Shown in pieces: positions 1 to 10,184 of a stretch of DNA of 64,000 nt (position 1 is its first letter; each line of letters begins with the position of its first letter). Source of the DNA: Desulfatiglandales bacterium (GTDB taxonomy: Bacteria > Desulfobacterota > DSM-4660 > Desulfatiglandales > Desulfatiglandaceae); the NCBI GenBank assembly GCA_963662465.1, contig OY759599.1, forward strand, positions 1,120,001 to 1,184,000, in the 5' to 3' direction. The notes below the pieces were generated by a model, which searched no databases, had not been told where the DNA came from, and saw nothing but the letters and a program-made list of their open reading frames with translations. The position numbers and the translations under genes are program-made.

Positions 1-1057
1 CGCCCGCGGCGCCAAGCCCCATGAGAATGCCGCAAACGCCGCCAAAGGAGGATAACACCACCGCCTCCACCAGAAACTGCATGAGAACATCCCGCTCCCT
101 CGCTCCGATGGCCAGGCGGGTGCCGATCTCCCGGGTTCGTTCCGTCACCGACACCAGCATGATGTTCATGATGCCGATGCCCCCCACCAGAAGGCTCACC
201 GCCGCTACCGCGCTCAACAAGGCGGTTAAAACGCGCGTTGTGCCGGTCAGCATGGAAACGAGTTCCTGCATGTCATTGACGTGGAAATTATTCTCTTTGC
301 CCGGTTTAATGCGGCGTCGTTCGCGCAGCAGCCGCTCAATGTCGGCTTTGGCTTGTTCCGTGGGGATACCGTCCTTGACGGATACGGAGATGGAGTCCAC
401 ATCCGTATTGCCCACCAGGCGGCGTTGCAGGGTTCGAAGGGGAATGAGCGCCAGATCGTCTTGATCGTTGCCGAAGCTGTTTTGGCCTTTGGCAACCAGC
501 ACCCCGATCACCTTGAAGGAGATTTTTCCCAGGCGGATGGTCGCCCCTATTGGATCCTGGCTCCCGAAAAGTTCTTTGCGCACGGTTTCGCCCAGAATGC
601 AGACCGCTTTTCCCGCCCGCACTTCGCCTTCCGTAAAGGCCCTGCCCACGGCCAGGGGCCAGTCTCGCACCGTCAGAAATTCCGAGGTGGCGCCTTGGAC
701 CCTGGTGGACCGGTTTTCATTGCCGTAGATGGCCTGAGAGGTTTGTGAAGCCATGGGGGCAACCGCCTGAAGACTGGAGATTTCCCGTTGGATGGCTGTT
801 GCGTCGGCGGCTTTGAAAGGTTCGGCGTCCGCTCTGGCGCCGCCCGATCCGTGTCGCATCTGACCGCGCCGAATGTCTATCAGGTTGCTGCCCATGCTGG
901 TGATATCCGAGGTGACCTTGGCCGTGGCGCCCCGGCCCAGGGTTACCATGGTAATCACTGCCGCTACGCCGATAACGATCCCCAGAATGGTCAGGGCGGA
1001 CCGGAGGACATTGCGGCGAATTTCCCTCAATGCGAGGTTAATGTTTTCCCAGAGCAT
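1..1057 (-). CDS. ABC transporter permease (MacB/FtsX-like), 3' end runs off the window
   Basis: Manual translation of the minus strand from CAT at 1055-1057 gives MLWENINLALREIRRNVLRSALTILGIVIGVAAVITMV; the IMNIMLVSVTERTREIGTRLAIGA motif lies near 100-170. Confidence 0.9.
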   Translation of the reverse strand, partial: MLWENINLALREIRRNVLRSALTILGIVIGVAAVITMVTLGRGATAKVTSDITSMGSNLIDIRRGQMRHGSGGARADAEPFKAADATAIQREISSLQAVAPMASQTSQAIYGNENRSTRVQGATSEFLTVRDWPLAVGRAFTEGEVRAGKAVCILGETVRKELFGSQDPIGATIRLGKISFKVIGVLVAKGQNSFGNDQDDLALIPLRTLQRRLVGNTDVDSISVSVKDGIPTEQAKADIERLLRERRRIKPGKENNFHVNDMQELVSMLTGTTRVLTALLSAVAAVSLLVGGIGIMNIMLVSVTERTREIGTRLAIGARERDVLMQFLVEAVVLSSFGGVCGILMGLGAAG

Positions 1058-1072
1058 CGGTATAGTTTCTCC

Positions 1073-1780
1073 TCAGTTCTCTTGACTGCGCTTGATCCGA
1101 CCGTCCAGAAAATGAATGCGGCGATTCGCATAACCGGCCATTTCCGCTTCATGGGTTACCATGATAATGGTAATCCCGCGGTTTTGATTGAGATCCACCA
1201 GAAGTTCCATGATCTCCCGGCTTCGGACCGAATCCAGGTTGCCGGTGGGTTCGTCGGCCAGGAGAACCTGGGGGTTGGTGACGATGGCACGGGCAATGGC
1301 CACCCGCTGTTGCTGGCCTCCGGAAAGTTCCGCGGGGGTATGGGTTTCCCATCCTCCAAGCCCCACGGTATTAAGGGATGATTGCGCCATTTTACGACGG
1401 CGACGTCGGGAAATGCCGCGATAGATCAACGGCAGCTCCACATTTTCGAGGGCCGTGGTGCGATTCAGCAGGTTAAACCCCTGAAACACAAAGCCCAGGT
1501 AATTGCGGCGCAGAAGCGCTCGCTGGTCCCGGGAAAGTTTTATTACCTCCACCCCTTCAAATCGGTAGCTTCCGGATGTGGGAACATCCAGGCATCCCAG
1601 GATGTTCATGCATGTGCTTTTCCCGGAGCCGCTGGCGCCCATTACGGCCGCAAAATCACCCCTGTCGATCCGCAGATCCACATCTCGAAGTGCATGCACC
1701 GCGGTGTCGCCGGCGCCGTAAACCTTGCTGACGCCCTTCAGCTGAATGACGGCCGGGGGGGCTGACGCTGATGCCGGCAT
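1073..1780 (-). CDS. ABC transporter ATP-binding protein (LolD/MacB-like)
   Basis: Walker [17 protein letters not shown] signature, [10 protein letters not shown]. Confidence 0.95.
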   Translation of the reverse strand: MPASASAPPAVIQLKGVSKVYGAGDTAVHALRDVDLRIDRGDFAAVMGASGSGKSTCMNILGCLDVPTSGSYRFEGVEVIKLSRDQRALLRRNYLGFVFQGFNLLNRTTALENVELPLIYRGISRRRRRKMAQSSLNTVGLGGWETHTPAELSGGQQQRVAIARAIVTNPQVLLADEPTGNLDSVRSREIMELLVDLNQNRGITIIMVTHEAEMAGYANRRIHFLDGRIKRSQEN

Positions 1781-1783
1781 AGG

Positions 1784-3076
1784 TTACCCTTTTCCGTCGT
1801 TCAGACGTTCCAAAATCACCTGCATACCGGGCGTAAGGGAGTCGTCCATCACCTGGGTCATCACCTCGTCGCTAACGCCCACTTTGATCGATGCCGCCCG
1901 GGGTTGACCATTATCAAGTATCCAGATTCGGCGACCATTACCGGAAATATCTCTTTTTTCATGGTTTTCCTTTGTCCGTTTGGGAGGGCCGGGCAAAAGC
2001 GAGTCCATCAGTGACCGGCCGGGTTTTGTTTTCTTTTCCACCGGCGGGCTGAAACGCAATGCCGCACTGGGAATCAGGACAACGTCTTTCAGGTTTTTGA
2101 CGATAATATCCGCGGTGGCGGTCATGCCGGGCCGAAGGGACAGGTCCTTATTGTCCAGCTTCAGGACGGTTTCGTACGTGACCACGCCGTCCGTGGCGTC
2201 CGAGCCGTAGCAGACGCGGGTAATCAGGGCCTTGAACGTTCGATCCGGATAGGCGTCCACAACGAATGTGGCCTCCTGGCCTTCCTGCACCAGGCCCACA
2301 TCCGCCTCATCCACGTCCACTTTAAGTTCCATCTGGGCCAGATCTTCGGCCAGGGTAAACAGCACGGGCGCCTGCAATGATGCGGCTACGGTCTGTCCCG
2401 GTTCCACATCCCGGTCCAGGACCACGCCGTTCATGGGAGAACGGATCACTGCCTTTTTAAGATCCGTTTCCGTCACTTCAAGGGCGGCTTGTGCCTGTGA
2501 AACATCGGCTTTTGCGGATGCCTCGTCGGCGTGAGCGCGGGCCAGGGTCGCGTCGGCCGCATCCAGCTCGTATTGAGAAGGGACCTTGTTGTGGCTCAGT
2601 TGGCGTACATGTTTCAGTCTGGCCAGGTTGTTCACGGCTTCACGGGTAGTGGCACGAGTCTGCAGAACCTTGGCTTCGGCCGATGCCAACTTCGCTTTGG
2701 CCGCCAGATATTGGGCTTTTAGCTTGGTCGTGTCTAGTCCGGCCAGTACCTGCCCCACTTTTACCCGGCTGTTTTCTTCTACCAAAACATCGCGGATGGT
2801 TCCCGACAATTCACTGCCCACTTCCACCTGGTTGGTGGGTTCTAGATTTCCCGTGGCCGTTACCGTGACGATGAGATTTCCCCGTTCCACCTTTTGGGTT
2901 CTGTAATGGACCGGATCGGGCCGATCCATTCTTTTGATCGCCAATGCGCTGGCAACGCAAGCCACCGGAAGAAGGATCAGGATGACCAGCCATTTAAAGC
3001 GTTTTTTTCGGCGCGGCATTCCGTTTGCACCCAGGGCTTCGGCCACTGAAATTGAAGGATTTGCGTTAGTTTCCAT
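1784..3076 (-). CDS. Efflux periplasmic adaptor subunit (MacA-like)
   Basis: N-terminal TM helix, V(E)VGSELSG, SPMNGVV, coiled-coil hairpin; lies in an operon with ABC and TolC genes. Confidence 0.9.
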   Translation of the reverse strand: METNANPSISVAEALGANGMPRRKKRFKWLVILILLPVACVASALAIKRMDRPDPVHYRTQKVERGNLIVTVTATGNLEPTNQVEVGSELSGTIRDVLVEENSRVKVGQVLAGLDTTKLKAQYLAAKAKLASAEAKVLQTRATTREAVNNLARLKHVRQLSHNKVPSQYELDAADATLARAHADEASAKADVSQAQAALEVTETDLKKAVIRSPMNGVVLDRDVEPGQTVAASLQAPVLFTLAEDLAQMELKVDVDEADVGLVQEGQEATFVVDAYPDRTFKALITRVCYGSDATDGVVTYETVLKLDNKDLSLRPGMTATADIIVKNLKDVVLIPSAALRFSPPVEKKTKPGRSLMDSLLPGPPKRTKENHEKRDISGNGRRIWILDNGQPRAASIKVGVSDEVMTQVMDDSLTPGMQVILERLNDGKG

Positions 3077-4580
3077 TTTTGCTCATCCGCTTTTCGATTT
3101 CCCCCCGAATATCGGGTTTTTTATCCGGCGCATAGTCGTATATCCTTTCTTGCGGGTCCAGGGTTGTCCACCCGCCACCCAGGGCCTTGTAGAGTGTAAT
3201 CAGGTTGGCGGTAACCTGCCCTTCACTCTGGGCCAGTTCATCTTCAAAGGAAAGCTGAGACCTTTGGGCATCCAGTACTTCATTAAAATCAATGATGCCC
3301 GCTTCGTATTTGTTTTGGGCCAAGGTGACGGCCTGACGCGCGGCATCGCCTGCCTGTGCCAGAGCCACCCTACGGTTTTGCTCCTCCGCATAGGCTTTTA
3401 AGGCGTTTTCCACCTCCTCCAATGCTTCAAGGACCGTTCGTTCGTACTGGGCCAACGCCTGATCCTGAAGGGCTGTCCGGATGTTTATGTTTTGCCGGAT
3501 AGCGCCGCCGTCGAACAGGCGCCAGCTGAATCTGGGGCCGATACTGTGAGTCAGCCCTTCCGAGGAGGCAAAATTTCCGATGGAAAGTGACTCAAGGCCG
3601 ATGGAGCCCAGAAGGGAAAATTTCGGATACAGTTCGGCCTCGGCCACGCCTATTCGCGCGGTTTGGCTGGCCACTTCCTGTTCCGCCTGCCTTATGTCGG
3701 GCCGTTGTCGAATACAGTCGGCGGGAATGCCCACCGCCACCTTCAGGGGCGTTACGGGGATGGGGGCGGGTGTTCCCAAATTGAGGGAGATGGCGCCCGG
3801 CTGTTTTCCCAAAAGTACGGCCAGCCGGTTCCGGGAGGCTGTGAGCCCGGAACGAAGTGTTGGAAGCCGGGAACGCGTGCTTTCCATGTTGTAGCGGGCC
3901 TGTTCTACCGCAAGGGCGTCGCTGAGCCCGGCCTGATAGCGCCACTTTGTAAGCCGACAGGTTTCTTCCTGGGTTTCCAGATTCGTGGTGACGACCTTCA
4001 ATCGGGTCTGGTAGGTCCTCATCTCCACATAATTGATGGCCGTTTCAGCGGTCAGGGTGACCAGTACATCCCGAAGGGATGCGTTTTCAGCCTCGAGGTC
4101 CGCTTCCGCGGCTTCCACTGACCGTCGGACACCGCCGAAAATGTCCACTTCCCAGCCGGCGTCAAAGCCTGACGAATAGAGTGTGCGTGTTGTTCCCGCG
4201 CCAGTCTCGTCGCTCCCCTTGCTTTGGGTGATCTGCCCCGAAACGTCAAAGGTCGGAAACAGGCCGGCAGAGGCCACTCCCCGCTTTGCGCGGGCTTCCC
4301 GGACTCTGGCCTGTGCTTCTTTCAGATCAAGATTGCCGACAACGGCCTGATGGATCAACGCAGACAGGACAGGGTCGTCAAGGACTTGCCACCATTGGGA
4401 CAACGCTTCGGGATTCGGGGTTGTTGCATCGAGACCACCGTCCATGGCGGTATGCCATGTTTCCGATACCTTTGTTTCGGGCGGTGTGTAATTCGGTCCC
4501 ACGGCCGCACATCCGCCAAGGATGAGAATCGCCGTGATCGCTGTAAATCGAGCCGGCCTATTTCCGTGAAAGAGAAACAA
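3066..4580 (-). CDS. Outer-membrane efflux lipoprotein (NodT/TolC family)
   Basis: Lipobox LGGC-AAVGPNY, WEVDIFGG, RPDIRQAE, LYKALGGGW. Confidence 0.93.
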   Translation of the reverse strand: MFLFHGNRPARFTAITAILILGGCAAVGPNYTPPETKVSETWHTAMDGGLDATTPNPEALSQWWQVLDDPVLSALIHQAVVGNLDLKEAQARVREARAKRGVASAGLFPTFDVSGQITQSKGSDETGAGTTRTLYSSGFDAGWEVDIFGGVRRSVEAAEADLEAENASLRDVLVTLTAETAINYVEMRTYQTRLKVVTTNLETQEETCRLTKWRYQAGLSDALAVEQARYNMESTRSRLPTLRSGLTASRNRLAVLLGKQPGAISLNLGTPAPIPVTPLKVAVGIPADCIRQRPDIRQAEQEVASQTARIGVAEAELYPKFSLLGSIGLESLSIGNFASSEGLTHSIGPRFSWRLFDGGAIRQNINIRTALQDQALAQYERTVLEALEEVENALKAYAEEQNRRVALAQAGDAARQAVTLAQNKYEAGIIDFNEVLDAQRSQLSFEDELAQSEGQVTANLITLYKALGGGWTTLDPQERIYDYAPDKKPDIRGEIEKRMSKNGN

Positions 4581-4828
4581 TGAAACATACCGCGATCAGA
4601 AGAGCCATTGCCCCAGTGCTGATTTTTTTGCCGAGTCTCGAATTCATGATGTGCCTTCCTTTTATTAGATTGCCATTTCCCGGGGCCTTTCCCCGTAGTT
4701 TCACCTGTAATATAGACGATGAATGTAAAGGAATTTTGTCGATCACGGATAAAATTGTTAAGCTTTTGTAAAGTTCATTGCTCCGGCGTTATGAATAGGG
4801 GTCAATATAGGTGAGAATTAGTTTTAAT

Positions 4829-5896
4829 TCAATCGCTTTTTGATTGTTTTAAATCGTTTTTCACTGTTCGATAGAGGCCGCGGAACTGGTGATAGGTCAA
4901 CCCCAGGATGTCTGCTGCTTTTTTCTGGTTGTAGCGGGCCAATGAGAGTGCCCGGTTCATCATGCGAACCTTTAACTCCCGAACGGCTTCTTGGAGCGAC
5001 ATCTTGAAAAGATCTCCCTCCATGACGGAGGTTCCGGCATCAACCGGCGCCTTCGGAACATCCGGCAGGTCCCTGCTCGTGCGAAAATTTTGAAAAGGGT
5101 CAAAAACGATTTCCGTGATGACCACGTCATCGGTTCGATACACAGCCCGCTCCACCACATTCTTCAGCTCCCGGATATTTCCCGGCCATGGATACTTCTC
5201 CAGGAGGGCCATGGTTTCGGGTCTGAATACGGGGATTTCTCGACGTTCCATCTCAAAGGCCATCCTGGCTGCAAAATGATTTGCCAAAAGTGGGATATCC
5301 TCACCCCTTTCCCTGAGAGGTGGAAGAAAAATCACTTCAAAAGACAGTCTGTCCAACAGGTCAGGCTTAAACCGTCCTTTTCGGGTTTTCTTCACCAGGT
5401 CCACATTGGTGGCCGCCACCAGGCGAACATCCACTTCAACGCTTTTAGCGCTGCCCACCCGTTCAAACGCGCCGTATTCCACCAGTCGAAGTGTTTTTTC
5501 CTGTACTTCAAGGGGCATGTTGCCGAGTTCATCCAGGAAGAGCGTGCCCTCGTGAGCGGCTTCAAACCGACCGGTTCGGCGTCGTTCCGCCCCGGTGAAA
5601 GCGCCTTTTTCATATCCGAAAAGTTCGCTTTCAATCAGGGACGGCGCCAGAGCCGAGCAATTCAAGGCCACCAGGGGGCCTTTCCAGCGCTTGGAAAGAA
5701 AGTGGATGCGTTTAGCGGCCAATTCCTTGCCGGTTCCCCTCTCCCCGATCAGGAGTACCGGCCGGTCGATGGGTGCGACCCGGCTTAAACGCTCCTGAAG
5801 GTCCAGAAAGGCTTCCGATTGTCCCAGGGCCTCATGGGTTTTGGAAACAGACTCATCGGAAATAGAGGTTCTTGAAGGTGTCTGATAACGATTCAT
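4829..5896 (-). CDS. pspF: Phage shock protein operon activator (sigma54 EBP)
   Basis: GERGTGKE, GAFTGA, C-terminal HTH, no receiver domain; divergent from pspA; start codon uncertain. Confidence 0.92.
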   Translation of the reverse strand: MNRYQTPSRTSISDESVSKTHEALGQSEAFLDLQERLSRVAPIDRPVLLIGERGTGKELAAKRIHFLSKRWKGPLVALNCSALAPSLIESELFGYEKGAFTGAERRRTGRFEAAHEGTLFLDELGNMPLEVQEKTLRLVEYGAFERVGSAKSVEVDVRLVAATNVDLVKKTRKGRFKPDLLDRLSFEVIFLPPLRERGEDIPLLANHFAARMAFEMERREIPVFRPETMALLEKYPWPGNIRELKNVVERAVYRTDDVVITEIVFDPFQNFRTSRDLPDVPKAPVDAGTSVMEGDLFKMSLQEAVRELKVRMMNRALSLARYNQKKAADILGLTYHQFRGLYRTVKNDLKQSKSD

Positions 5897-6018
5897 GGCG
5901 AAAAAAACCATTATGAAAGGGTAAAAAAACAATATTTTGGCTATTATCGCCATCATCCCCTGATTTGTCAATAACCTAAATTCCTGATTTCTTTTGAAAT
6001 TGAAATAAACGGAGCCTT

Positions 6019-6034
6019 TGGCACGATTTCTGCT
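6019..6034 (+). promoter_or_regulatory. sigma54 -24/-12 promoter of pspA
   Basis: TGGCAC-GATTT-CTGC upstream of pspA and next to pspF. Confidence 0.8.
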
Positions 6035-6093
6035 TTCCAGACTTGACAGAATTTGCGAAACTTAAGATGCTTTTTTTTAATGGAGGTATGAAT

Positions 6094-6774
6094 ATGGGAA
6101 TTTTTACACGCTTTCGGGATATTGTCAGCTCAAACATCAATGTTATGCTGGAGGGGGCTGAAGACCCGGAAAAGTTGATTAAACTGATGATTCGTGAAAT
6201 GGAAGACACTGTGGTGGAATTGAAAGCATCCTGTGCCGGCGTGATCGCCAGGGCTTCCAAGACCCGGCGTCAATTGGAAGAGATCAAGGAGCGCGTCAAA
6301 GTATGGGAAGGGCGGGCCGAACTCGCGGTCAATAAGGGCCGCGATGATCTGGCGAGGGAAGCCCTGATGGAAAAGCGAAAATACGCTGGTCGCGTCCAGG
6401 ACCAGGAACAGGAGCTTATCGAATTGGACACTTTGGTGGGGCAGTATCATGAGGATATCCAGCAATTGGAGGAAAAACTGCAAAAAGCGCGCGATAAGCA
6501 GCGGATGTTGGTTCAGCGCCATATTCACGCGGTTCGGAAGCGACGCGCCCAGGAGGACATTCGCAGAATCGAAAGCACGGATGCCGTGATGAAATTCGAG
6601 GCCCTTGAAAACCGCATCGAGCGGATGGAGGCGGAAGCGGATCTGGTGAATTATGGGAAAAAGTCCGGTCTTGAGGCGGAATTCGAGGGTTTGATGATGG
6701 ATGATGAGATCGAAAATGATTTGAATCGTCTCAAAACGTCCATGAACCGAGGGGAAGAAAGGGTCGCATCGTGA
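6094..6774 (+). CDS. pspA: Phage shock protein A
   Basis: MGIFTRFRDIVSSNIN...AEDPEKLIKLMIREMEDT, coiled coil; GGAGG RBS. Confidence 0.95.
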   Translation: MGIFTRFRDIVSSNINVMLEGAEDPEKLIKLMIREMEDTVVELKASCAGVIARASKTRRQLEEIKERVKVWEGRAELAVNKGRDDLAREALMEKRKYAGRVQDQEQELIELDTLVGQYHEDIQQLEEKLQKARDKQRMLVQRHIHAVRKRRAQEDIRRIESTDAVMKFEALENRIERMEAEADLVNYGKKSGLEAEFEGLMMDDEIENDLNRLKTSMNRGEERVAS

Positions 6775-7022
6775 TGCATGGCGTATTGATTGTGGCAATC
6801 ATATTCGGTGGATTGATCCTGTGTCTGGCCATTGTGGGGGGTACAATTCTCATGGGCATCAAGGTCAAAAAGGGGGGCCTGTCTCGAAAGGATCAACGGT
6901 CCCAGGCAGAGGACACGCGTATGATTCAGGAGATTTACCAGGGTCTCGAAAGTATGGAAAAACGGATGGAGGCCCTGGAATCTATTATTTTAAAAGGCCG
7001 AAGAAAGGATTGTGAGCCATGA
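6771..7022 (+). CDS. pspB: PspB-like membrane protein
   Basis: One TM helix followed by MEKRMEALESII; lies between pspA and pspC. Confidence 0.7.
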   Translation: MMHGVLIVAIIFGGLILCLAIVGGTILMGIKVKKGGLSRKDQRSQAEDTRMIQEIYQGLESMEKRMEALESIILKGRRKDCEP

Positions 7023-7402
7023 AATTTATGAACAGGAGTTTTCCAAGAGGCCTTTATCGTTCCCGAAATGGAATTATTCTCGGGGTGATTCGCGGCATAT
7101 CGGAATATTTTGATTTTTCCGTTTTTTGGGGCAGGACCATTGCCGTGATTCTGTTGCTGGTGAGCGGATTCTGGCCGGTGACGGGCCTGTATTTTCTGGC
7201 GGCGTTGCTCATGAAGCCGGCCCCGGTCCTTCGCATTGACAGCGACGACGCCCATGACTTTTACGATAGTTACGTTCATTCCAGGCCCCGTGCCGTAAAC
7301 CGGATCAAGCGCAGATACGACAATATTGAACAACGCATCCGGCGTATGGAGGATGCTGTGACATCCCGGGATTATGATTGGAAAAGACGCTTTGATGCTT
7401 GA
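7019..7402 (+). CDS. pspC: Phage shock protein C
   Basis: LYRSRNGIILGVIRGISEYF PspC domain; RIRRMEDAVTS. Confidence 0.9.
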   Translation: MKFMNRSFPRGLYRSRNGIILGVIRGISEYFDFSVFWGRTIAVILLLVSGFWPVTGLYFLAALLMKPAPVLRIDSDDAHDFYDSYVHSRPRAVNRIKRRYDNIEQRIRRMEDAVTSRDYDWKRRFDA

Positions 7403-7459
7403 GGGATTTTGGGTGGTTTTAGCGACAATTCAGACAACAGAGTGTAGGGGGGGACCACT

Positions 7460-8558
7460 ATGATACGAAAGGCCGTTTTTCCAGGGTGTTATTTGCAGGG
7501 GAAGGATATCCTCCGAAATCTTGGGGGAATCGATGAACTTGAAAAGAAAAAAGTCTTCATTCTCGCCACGAATATGGCCGTGAAGAGAATTATTCCGGAA
7601 AACTTCTCTGCCTGGAAAAAAATATGCGACATCCAATATGAGAAATTCAGCGGAGCGTGTACCTGGGATGAAATCAACAGGGTATCCAAGATAGCAGGCG
7701 TCGGCGCCTATGATTTTATCATCGGCATGGGAGGAGGGAAGGCCATTGATACCGCCAGGGTGGTTGCCGGGCAGTTGGGCGTAAAATATATCGCGGCGCC
7801 CACCATCGCCGCTACCGACGCACCCACCGCAAGTGCGTGCGTCGTCTACGGCAACGGAGGTTCGGTTGTGAACTATTTTACGACACGTAATCCCGATTAC
7901 GTTCTGGTGGATACGAGGGTCATTGCTGAAGCGCCGGCAAGGTTTCTTGTTTCCGGAATGGGCGATGCGCTTGCGACCTGGTTTGAAGCGGAGACCTGTG
8001 ATCGATCCCATTTCCGAAACGTATGCGGAGGGTTTAATCTCAGGGCCATCATGTCCCTCGCCGATACGTGCTACCAGCCTTCTAACATACGGCAGATCAG
8101 CCATGATCGCCTGCGAAAATAACGTGGTAAGTCCGGCGCTTGAATACATTGTGGAAGCCAATACCCTGCTCAGTGGACTTGGTTTCGAATCCGGGGGGCT
8201 ATCAACCGCACACGGCATTCATGACTGTCTCTGCAATCTGGAAGGCACGCACGCATATTATCACGGTGAAAAGGTGGCATTCGGCATCCTGGCCGGGTTA
8301 TTCCTTGAAGCGAGGCCACAGCCTTTGATAGAAGAGGTGTACGCATTCTGCGGATCCGTCGGACTGCCGACCACATTGGCCCGGATTGGTCTGGCGGGTG
8401 TTACAAACAGGGAATTGGATGCTGCCATTTGTCCGGTTCTTGAGAACAAACAAAGCTATCTGCATAACGTGAGATTCGAGTTGACATCCGAAGGGATCAT
8501 CGAGGCCCTCCGAATGGCGGATGCCATGGGTCGTCAACACCGAAGCAGCCTACCATAA
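7460..8558 (+). pseudogene. gldA: Glycerol dehydrogenase, frameshifted near 8078
   Basis: N-half (GGGKAIDTAR, PTIAATDAPTAS, GMGDALATWFEA) and C-half (LLSGLGFESGG, HGIH, HGEKVAFG) are in different frames; could be a sequencing error. Confidence 0.8.
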
Positions 8559-8813
8559 GACCATGGCGGCTTTTGACGGAATCCTGGGACTGGACCGGCT
8601 CAAAGTGATTCACCTTAACGATGCCCGCCGGGAGCTGGGTTCCAGGGTTGACCGTCACCATCACATCGGAAAAGGGAAAATCGGCGCTTTGGGGTTTTCA
8701 CTGATCATGAACGATGGACGTTTGGCCCACATACCGAAAATACTGGAAACTCCCAAGAAAGAGGGCGGTATCGACTGGGATCGAAAGAACCTGGATTGTC
8801 TGTCAGCCATGTT
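8538..8813 (+). repeat. Diverged duplicate of the nfo 3' end (other copy 18453-18728)
   Basis: 276-bp colinear, highly similar DNA encoding HLNDARRELGSRVDRHHHIG...ILETPK. Confidence 0.92.
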
Positions 8814-8855
8814 CAGGGGCGGGGATTGTCATATGACGCCCAAGGAAATTCCTTT

Positions 8856-9490
8856 TTACGGTAAACATCCGGGAACCCAGTAGGGTTTTTTAACCTTTCG
8901 GTTGAGGCATTCCCCAACGAGTTTTTGATAAGCGGCCGCAGAGGACAGCACGATTTTCCGGGCTTCCGCTGCCCCCAGCCAGACCGGATCGGCGTTAACT
9001 TTCTTCAAGGATTTCGGGTCGTAAAAGAAATTTTCGTTTAAGCCTTTTGCCGTCTTGTAGAAGCGCCAGAAAATTCCCCATTGATCCCTGGTTTCCTGAA
9101 GTACATCCGAAATATCCTTTATCTTTTCCGCCATGGGGTCTTTCACGTTAATTACAAAGATTTTCCAGTCAGTCTCAAGATCCGTACCGTCGATCATTCC
9201 CAGCGCCCCGATCACCTTCACCTGGTATACCAGTCCCAGAGGGGATGGCGTGGAACCCACATCGACAGCATCGATGGGGTCCGCATCCCCCGGGAACCCG
9301 GTGACGGGGTCCTCTTCCAGAACGTTTTCCCAGGTGCGGGGCAAAGCCCCGTAATTGCCCGGCGCCGGGGACCAGGCATAATACCGGGGTCGCTTGAAAT
9401 TCTGGTCCTTCACCTTTTTGCGGTCCTGCCACATGGGGTTGTGGGGCGCCCATTTGTTCAGTTCAACCTTGGCTTGAGTGCCTTGGCTTA
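8856..9490 (-). pseudogene. Family I inorganic pyrophosphatase, apparently 5'-truncated
   Basis: GTQAKVE..NPMWQD, NYGALPRTWE, GDADPIDAVDVG, ETDWKIFVINVKDP, FYKTAKG; recognisable similarity stops at about 9490. Confidence 0.7.
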
Positions 9491-9684
9491 GGGTAGGATC
9501 TCTAAAAACCGCCTTTTCCGACCGATTTTCTGTTGCGGAAAATGTTCCCTCTATTTCTGGGAGGCTATCACGGTTATGCGGCGTCCTGACTTACTGAACC
9601 TATCATGGGGGAAGCAAATTCAATCTTGCAATTGTCCACGGATGCGTGTACAGTAATCCGAAAAGCAAGAAGAGGAGGCCGATC

Positions 9685-10104
9685 ATGAGATTCTCAGGGA
9701 AAATATATAAAAATGGTAAATTCTGGCTGGCGGAAATTCCAATACTCGATTTGATGACTCAAGGATTTACCAAAAAAGAAGCGTATGAGATGGTTGCCGA
9801 CATGTTGGAAACAATGGTTAACAAAGAAGGATTTAAAATCGAGGTTTATAAAGGAAAAAAGGACAACTTCGAAGTTGGTTCATCAGAGCCGAAACATATG
9901 GTAAGTTTACTATTACAACGAAAACGTGAAATCAGTGGCCTTTCACTGGCTCAAGTTGCCGGTAGATTAGGAATGACATCCCGAAATACTTATTCTCGAT
10001 ATGAGCAGGGAAGAACAGTGCCAAGCGTCGAAAAACTCGATGAATTACTTCGTGCCGTATGCTCAAAAACCGACATCGTCATCAACGAAAGCATCATTTC
10101 CTGA
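9685..10104 (+). CDS. HicB-like antitoxin with C-terminal XRE HTH
   Basis: WLAEIPILDLMTQGFTKKEAYEM (HicB) plus SGLSLAQVAGRLGM..YSRYEQG (XRE); no hicA seen. Confidence 0.75.
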   Translation: MRFSGKIYKNGKFWLAEIPILDLMTQGFTKKEAYEMVADMLETMVNKEGFKIEVYKGKKDNFEVGSSEPKHMVSLLLQRKREISGLSLAQVAGRLGMTSRNTYSRYEQGRTVPSVEKLDELLRAVCSKTDIVINESIIS

Positions 10105-10184
10105 AAATTCTGGAAAGAGGCGCCACATGACCAAATGTTGGATCGGATTAGCTGGATACGCGGCATTAAAGCTGGAGATTTGCA

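Noticed and set aside
21..1765. Plus-strand ORFs over the efflux operon
   Set aside because: Antisense shadows of well-supported minus-strand genes.
8521..8883. 120-aa ORF as a functional gene
   Set aside because: It is only the duplicated nfo tail and lacks most catalytic motifs.
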